64,000 bases of DNA from Eubacteriales bacterium (GTDB lineage: Bacteria > Bacillota > Clostridia > Oscillospirales > UBA644), in the NCBI GenBank assembly GCA_045543655.1, contig JAZPXN010000085.1, forward strand, positions 422 to 64,421, written 5' to 3'. Both the position numbers and the translations under genes were made by a program. Shown one piece after another: positions 58,916 to 64,000 of the stretch. Each line of letters starts with the position of its first letter. The stretch's first letter is position 1. The notes under the pieces are model-generated. The model was not told the origin of the DNA. It did not search any database and saw nothing but the letters and a program-made list of their open reading frames with translations.

Positions 58916-60028
58916 ATGCGGCGAATTTTCTCTGTCTTGCTTCTTTTTGCGTTGATTTTCGGGCTTTTTTCCGGCTGTGAGTCCGACAATCCCCCTTCTT
59001 CCGACGTCCCGGGGGCGCAGACCGGATCGGTTTCCGATTCTGCGGAAGCGTCTTCCGATGAGGTGTCCGACGGTACGGAAGGAGGCGACGCTTCCGATTC
59101 CAAGCCGGAGAAGCGCTCCGCTCAGGAGATTCTGGAGGCCTCCGAGCATCTGGTCGGGCTTTGCGACCAGGGCAACCGTCGCATTATCGTCAGCGATCTT
59201 GCGGTGGAGGATTGGGAGAACGACAACGCCGTGGTCTGGGAGTACAAGGACGATTCCTGCCGGTCCGTGGCCGGCATCAAGCTGCGCTGGAGCGAGGTTT
59301 TCCAGGAGCTGGTGGTGGCTTATTGCTGGGGCGGCGGGGCGGCCGTCGTTTCTTACGAGGATAGGGTGGAGCTGTACCGTACCACCCGCACCGGAGAGAA
59401 TCCCCATTCCGTGGAGATTTTGCCCGACGGTCATCTGATCGTGGCGTCGTCCACCGACAACGACGTGCGCCTTTACGATGCCGAAGCGCTGGCCTCCGGT
59501 GACCAAAAGCATTGTCAGAGGCTGGAATTCCCCAACGCCCACGGGGTTTTGTGGGATCCGGAATACGAGGTGGTCTGGCTTTGGGGAACCGATCAGCTGG
59601 GAGCCTATTCCCTGATTGAAAAGGACGGAAAGCCCTGGCTTGCGCCTATGAGCGGAATGCGCTATACCGCGCCCAAGAGCGCCGCTCACGATCTTTGCCC
59701 CGTCTACGGAAACAAGGATCAGCTCTTTATTACCTGCGCCAAAGGGATCATGATCTTCGATAAGCAGACCGAAAAATTTTCCTTTTCTTATCCCGGCGGG
59801 TCGGTAGGGCAGAAGCATCCCTACGCCCCCGGTACCGGCAATTTTGAGCAGGACGGCGTGTTCTTCTTCACCTCCATCACCAAGGAGACCATGGTGGTCA
59901 ACGATTACAGCACCAATATCGTTTTCGTATACGTGCCGAAGGCCGACGGGGTGGGGAAGCTGCTCCGCCGCAAGGCCTCCAACGACGTTTATTATAAAGT
60001 CCGCACCTGGTCCCCGGATTATCAGTAA
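58916..60028 (+). CDS. Beta-propeller-like lipoprotein, array member 12
   Basis: Start MRRIFS after GGAGG, lipobox FSGC, domain nearly identical to member 11, ending YYKVRTWSPDYQ. Confidence 0.85.
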   Translation: MRRIFSVLLLFALIFGLFSGCESDNPPSSDVPGAQTGSVSDSAEASSDEVSDGTEGGDASDSKPEKRSAQEILEASEHLVGLCDQGNRRIIVSDLAVEDWENDNAVVWEYKDDSCRSVAGIKLRWSEVFQELVVAYCWGGGAAVVSYEDRVELYRTTRTGENPHSVEILPDGHLIVASSTDNDVRLYDAEALASGDQKHCQRLEFPNAHGVLWDPEYEVVWLWGTDQLGAYSLIEKDGKPWLAPMSGMRYTAPKSAAHDLCPVYGNKDQLFITCAKGIMIFDKQTEKFSFSYPGGSVGQKHPYAPGTGNFEQDGVFFFTSITKETMVVNDYSTNIVFVYVPKADGVGKLLRRKASNDVYYKVRTWSPDYQ

Positions 60029-60050
60029 CGCATTTTGAAAGGAGAATTCC

Positions 60051-61151
60051 GTGAAAAAGAATTTTGCTCTGTTGCTGGTGCTTCTTCTTTGCGCAGGACT
60101 TCTGACCGCTTGCGGTCCGGGAGCGGATCCGGAGAAAAATACGAATGGCGATCCCGACCCGGATCGGGCCTCGGATTCTATCTCCGTCACCGATTCCGAG
60201 GGGTCGAAGCATTCTTCGCTTTCCGTTTCCATGCCGCCGGCCTACACGAAGCCGTCCACCGATTCCTCGGCGCCGACCAAGCTGGAAAAGGGGAAATATC
60301 TGGTGGGACTCACCGACCAGAAGAACAGCCGCCTCATCGTCTGCGACCTTGCCGTGGAAAACTGGGCCAACGACCGGGCCGTCGTCTGGGAATACGGGGG
60401 AATCTCCGCCGGCGGCATCAAATTCCGGGAGAACGATTATTGGGGCGGGGAGGTGGTCTTGTATTGCGGCGGCAAAAACGCAGGGATTATTTCCTACGCC
60501 TCCAAAAAGCTGCTCCTTTCCGTGGAAACCGTTCCGGGGAATCCCCACTCGGTGGAGCTTTTGCCCAACGGCGTTTTCATCGTGGTGGGTTCTACCGGAA
60601 ACGAGACCTACGTATACGGCGCCGGCAAGACCGAGCCCTCCTTCACCTTGCCCCTTACCAAAGGCCACGGGGCGCTGTGGGACCCGAAATACGGGGTTTT
60701 GTGGCTGGAGGGGGATAATCTCCTGCAGGCTTACAAGGTCACGGGAACGGCGGAAAATCCCGCTCTGGAGAAGGTTAAGGGCATGACCTACCATCCCAAC
60801 ACCTCTCTGCACGATATGGCGCCGGTCTACGGCAATCCCGACGCCCTCCTCCTTACGGGGGCAAACGGCGTCGTGCTGTTTGACAAGACCACCGGACAGG
60901 CTTCCCATAATTATCCTGCCGGCGGCTATCTCAAGGCTCAGACCTACGTTCCCGGCGTGGGCAATTATCCCGGGGATTCGGTCTACGTTTTCACCACCAT
61001 CCGGGAGGATACCCTCACCTATAAGGAATGGGGAAGCGACCGCGTCGAGATCTTCGTTTCCTTTGGCGACGGCCGGGGCAAGGTGCTGACCCGGCAGGCG
61101 AAGGGGGATGCGTATTATAAAGCGCGGGCCTGGATCTCCGATTACCAATAA
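60051..61151 (+). CDS. Beta-propeller-like lipoprotein, array member 13
   Basis: GTG start after AAGGAG, lipobox LTAC, motifs PHSVELLPNG, HGALWDP and LHDMAP, ending YYKARAWISDYQ. Confidence 0.85.
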   Translation: MKKNFALLLVLLLCAGLLTACGPGADPEKNTNGDPDPDRASDSISVTDSEGSKHSSLSVSMPPAYTKPSTDSSAPTKLEKGKYLVGLTDQKNSRLIVCDLAVENWANDRAVVWEYGGISAGGIKFRENDYWGGEVVLYCGGKNAGIISYASKKLLLSVETVPGNPHSVELLPNGVFIVVGSTGNETYVYGAGKTEPSFTLPLTKGHGALWDPKYGVLWLEGDNLLQAYKVTGTAENPALEKVKGMTYHPNTSLHDMAPVYGNPDALLLTGANGVVLFDKTTGQASHNYPAGGYLKAQTYVPGVGNYPGDSVYVFTTIREDTLTYKEWGSDRVEIFVSFGDGRGKVLTRQAKGDAYYKARAWISDYQ

Positions 61152-61221
61152 ATGAATAAACCGGGGTTTTCTTCTGTATAATGCATATTTTCACCCCGCG
61201 TTTGTGAAATAAATGTTAAAC

Positions 61222-61274
61222 TTAGCATATTTATTCAGCAATTGCTTGACAATTCCGCCGGAATGTGTTATTCT
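61222..61274 (+). promoter_or_regulatory. Promoter with a candidate ARG box
   Basis: AGCATATTTATTCA (reverse complement TGAATAAATATGCT) lies just upstream of TTGACA-17 bp-TATTCT (61246-61274). Confidence 0.55.
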
Positions 61275-61316
61275 ATTAAAACCAAACTTACCATCAAACA
61301 GAAAGAGGTATCCGTC

Positions 61317-62081
61317 ATGAAAAAAATTCTTGCATTGATGCTGGCCGTCCTGATGGGTCTGTGCCTGCTTACCGCCTGCGGCCCTGCCGAAGACGATTCC
61401 GACAAGCTGGTCATGGCCACCAACGCCAACTTCCCTCCCTACGAATACATGGAAGGGGAAGAATACGCCGGTATTGATATCGAGCTGGCTCAGAAGATCG
61501 CCGAAAAGCTCGGCAAAGAGCTGGTGATCGAAAACATCGAATTCGGCGCCATCGTCGCCGGGGTTGAAACCGGGAAATACGACGTTGGTATTGCCGGCCT
61601 TACCGTGACCGACGAGCGCAAGCTCCAGGTCAACTTCACCGATTCTTACGCCACCGGCGTGCAGGTCGTTATCGTCAAGGAAGGCGGCTCCGTCAATTCT
61701 CTCGACGATCTGAGCGGTGAAAACATCATGATCGGCGTTCAGCAGGACACCACCGGTCATATCTACGCCTCCGATACCGTTGAAAACGGCGGTTACGGCG
61801 AAGATCACGTTACCGCTTATCTGAACGGCGCCGACGCCGTTGCCGCTCTCGTTGCCGGCAAGGTCAACGCCGTGATCATCGATAACGAACCCGCCAAATC
61901 CTTCGTTGCTGCCAACGAAGGTCTGAAGATCCTCGATACCGAATGGCTCACCGAGGATTACGCCATCGCCGTCAATAAGGGTGACGCTCAGCTTCTCGCC
62001 GACATCAACAAGGCCCTTGCCGAGCTGAAGGCCGACGGCACCATTGCCAAGATTGTCGCCAAGTACATCAAGGCTGAATAA
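61317..62081 (+). CDS. Polar amino acid ABC transporter substrate-binding lipoprotein
   Basis: Lipobox LTAC and SBP family 3 motifs ATNANFPPYEY, GIDIE, TDERK..VNFTDSY and KADGT. Confidence 0.93.
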   Translation: MKKILALMLAVLMGLCLLTACGPAEDDSDKLVMATNANFPPYEYMEGEEYAGIDIELAQKIAEKLGKELVIENIEFGAIVAGVETGKYDVGIAGLTVTDERKLQVNFTDSYATGVQVVIVKEGGSVNSLDDLSGENIMIGVQQDTTGHIYASDTVENGGYGEDHVTAYLNGADAVAALVAGKVNAVIIDNEPAKSFVAANEGLKILDTEWLTEDYAIAVNKGDAQLLADINKALAELKADGTIAKIVAKYIKAE

Positions 62082-62175
62082 TCCGCCGAAAAAATTCTTC
62101 TGAAACGAAAACCGGGGGGTGCCCGCGCATCCCTCGGTTTTTTCGCCGTATTTTCATCGGAAAGGAATCTGATCC

Positions 62176-62973
62176 GTGATCTCTTACGTCTCCGTCGGAA
62201 CCTGGTTTGCCGATCTTTGGAGCGCCGTCTCTGCATGGCTCTCGGAATGGTGGACCGATTTTTCCGCCGATTTTTACGTCAATTTTATCGCCAGCGATCG
62301 CTGGAAGTCTTTGTTCAAGGGCTTGGGCGCAACCCTTGAAATTACCTTTTTTGCCCTTCTTATCGGCCTCGTCATCGGCATCGTCGTCGCCGCCGTCCGT
62401 TCTTCTTACGACAAGAACAAGGAGACTCTGGCGAAGCGGGGCGGCTTCGGCTGGTTTATCATGCGGCTGGCCAACGGCATCTGCAATCTGTATCTGACCG
62501 TCTTCCGGGGCACCCCCGTGGTGGTGCAGCTGATGATCTTCTATTTCATCATCTTCGCCTCCTCCCGCAACGGGATTCTCATCGCCATCATCGCCTTCGG
62601 CATCAACTCCGGGGCCTACGTGGCGGAGATCTTCCGCAGCGGCATTCTGTCGGTGGACGCCGGGCAGTTCGAGGCCGGCCGTTCCCTTGGCTTCGGCTAT
62701 CTGCAGACCATGCTTTATATCATCATTCCCCAGGCCTTCAAAAACGTTCTTCCCACTCTGTGCAACGAGTTCATCGTTCTGCTGAAGGAGACCTCCGTCG
62801 CCGGTTACGTGGGCGTGGTGGATCTGACCAAGGCCGGGGATATTATCCGGGGGCGCACCTTCTCCGCCTTTATGCCCCTGATCGCCGTAGCGCTGATTTA
62901 TCTGGTGATGGTCATCATCCTCACTCAGTTGGTACGGCTTCTGGAAAGGAGGCTGCAGCGCAGTGAACGATAA
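62176..62973 (+). CDS. Polar amino acid ABC transporter permease
   Basis: Motifs [30 protein letters not shown] and LLKETS. Confidence 0.93.
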   Translation: MISYVSVGTWFADLWSAVSAWLSEWWTDFSADFYVNFIASDRWKSLFKGLGATLEITFFALLIGLVIGIVVAAVRSSYDKNKETLAKRGGFGWFIMRLANGICNLYLTVFRGTPVVVQLMIFYFIIFASSRNGILIAIIAFGINSGAYVAEIFRSGILSVDAGQFEAGRSLGFGYLQTMLYIIIPQAFKNVLPTLCNEFIVLLKETSVAGYVGVVDLTKAGDIIRGRTFSAFMPLIAVALIYLVMVIILTQLVRLLERRLQRSER

Positions 62974-63706
62974 CGCCATTATCTCCGTCCGGGGGCTGAA
63001 AAAGCATTACCGGGGCGGCGTCATCCGGGCCCTCGACGGCATTGACGTGGATATCAACCGGGGCGAGGTGGTCGTGGTCATCGGCCCCTCCGGGTCGGGA
63101 AAATCCACCTTCCTGCGGAGCCTGAATCTGATGGAAAACCCCACCGCCGGCGCCATCGTGGTGGACGGCGTGGATATCAACGGCAAACGGGTCAACGTCA
63201 ACCGTCACCGCCAGAAAATGGGAATGGTCTTCCAGCATTTTAATCTCTTCCCCCATATGACCATTCTGAAAAATATGACCGTGGCTCCCATGAAGCTGAA
63301 GAAAATGCCCAAGGAGCAGGCCGAGGCCAAGGCCATGGAGCTGTTGCGCCGCGTGGGGCTGGAGGATCGGGCCAATACCTATCCCTCCCAGCTGTCCGGC
63401 GGACAGAAGCAGCGGGTCGCCATCGTCCGCGCTCTTTGCATGGATCCCGAGGTGCTTCTCTTCGACGAGCCCACCTCCGCCCTTGACCCCGAAATGGTGG
63501 GCGAGGTTCTCGACGTTATGAAGGATCTTGCCAAGGGGGGCATGACCATGGTGGTGGTCACCCACGAAATGGGCTTTGCCAAGGAGGTCGGCTCCCGGGT
63601 CATCTTCATGGACGAAGGCCGCATTCTGGAGCAGAACACCCCCGAAGAATTCTTCGCCAATCCCCAGACCGACCGGGCAAAGGAATTTTTGTCCAAGGTT
63701 CTGTAA
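62963..63706 (+). CDS. Polar amino acid ABC transporter ATP-binding protein (GlnQ/ArtM-like)
   Basis: Motifs [28 protein letters not shown] and [11 protein letters not shown]. Confidence 0.95.
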   Translation: MNDNAIISVRGLKKHYRGGVIRALDGIDVDINRGEVVVVIGPSGSGKSTFLRSLNLMENPTAGAIVVDGVDINGKRVNVNRHRQKMGMVFQHFNLFPHMTILKNMTVAPMKLKKMPKEQAEAKAMELLRRVGLEDRANTYPSQLSGGQKQRVAIVRALCMDPEVLLFDEPTSALDPEMVGEVLDVMKDLAKGGMTMVVVTHEMGFAKEVGSRVIFMDEGRILEQNTPEEFFANPQTDRAKEFLSKVL

Positions 63707-63730
63707 TCCTCCGAAAAACCGCGAAAAAGC

Positions 63731-63760
63731 GCGCTCCGCACCACCGTGCGGAGCGTTTTT
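63731..63760. terminator. Bidirectional terminator
   Basis: CGCTCCGCAC-CACC-GTGCGGAGCG with flanking A and T runs. Confidence 0.8.
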
Positions 63761-63776
63761 GTATCGTTAACCGTCT

Positions 63777-64000
63777 TCAATCGTCAATCGTTATGTAGTA
63801 GTCCGGACATACGTAATACATGTCGGGGCGCTTTTCCAGCAGCTTAACCGCGTTCAACGCGTTTTCTTTTGAAGGATGTGCAAGTACCAAAGTCAGGTCG
63901 ACGTATCTTTTTTCCGGATTGTCCGGGTAATAAATATATCGTTTGATTTCTGTGAATTCACATTCGGGAAAATCTTCCGGCGTGTACTCCTTTTCGCTTG
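63777..64000 (-). CDS. 3' end of a hypothetical protein (partial)
   Basis: The minus frame is open from the window edge to TGA and reads SEKEYTPEDFPECEFTEIKR...PSKENALNAVKLLEKRPDMYYVCPDYYITIDD. Confidence 0.65.
   Translation of the reverse strand, partial: SEKEYTPEDFPECEFTEIKRYIYYPDNPEKRYVDLTLVLAHPSKENALNAVKLLEKRPDMYYVCPDYYITIDD

Noticed and set aside
45995..61151. The array as a diversity-generating retroelement, shufflon or silent-cassette system
   Set aside because: There is no reverse transcriptase, recombinase or template/variable repeat pair with adenine-specific differences. All members are full genes on one strand.

Overview
A GC-rich chromosomal window from a Firmicute, most likely a clostridial gut or rumen organism (inferred from gene content, near-consensus sigma-A promoters, a CIRCE element and the glgBCDAP operon). 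About two thirds is housekeeping DNA. It holds the DUF2232-gdpP-rplI-dnaB-tilS-hpt-ftsH block, groESL, glycogen metabolism, an rRNA methyltransferase, a GtrA/GT2/membrane-protein trio and two ABC transporters. Three things stand out. (1) A ~15 kb tandem array of 13 paralogous beta-propeller-like proteins at 45995-61151. Twelve are lipoproteins, all keep three invariant histidines and a YK...Y(Q/R) C-terminus, and a tRNA-Ser gene splits the array. (2) A probable invertible promoter at 23545-23839. Two perfect 26-bp inverted repeats with lox-like architecture enclose the promoter of a large surface protein with a SipW-type signal peptide, and no recombinase is encoded in the window. (3) A ~230-nt structured leader ending in a terminator upstream of a CNNM/CorC gene, a candidate uncharacterised cis-regulatory RNA. 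I found no CRISPR array, prophage, transposase or reverse transcriptase. Family names come from motif recognition, not database searches.
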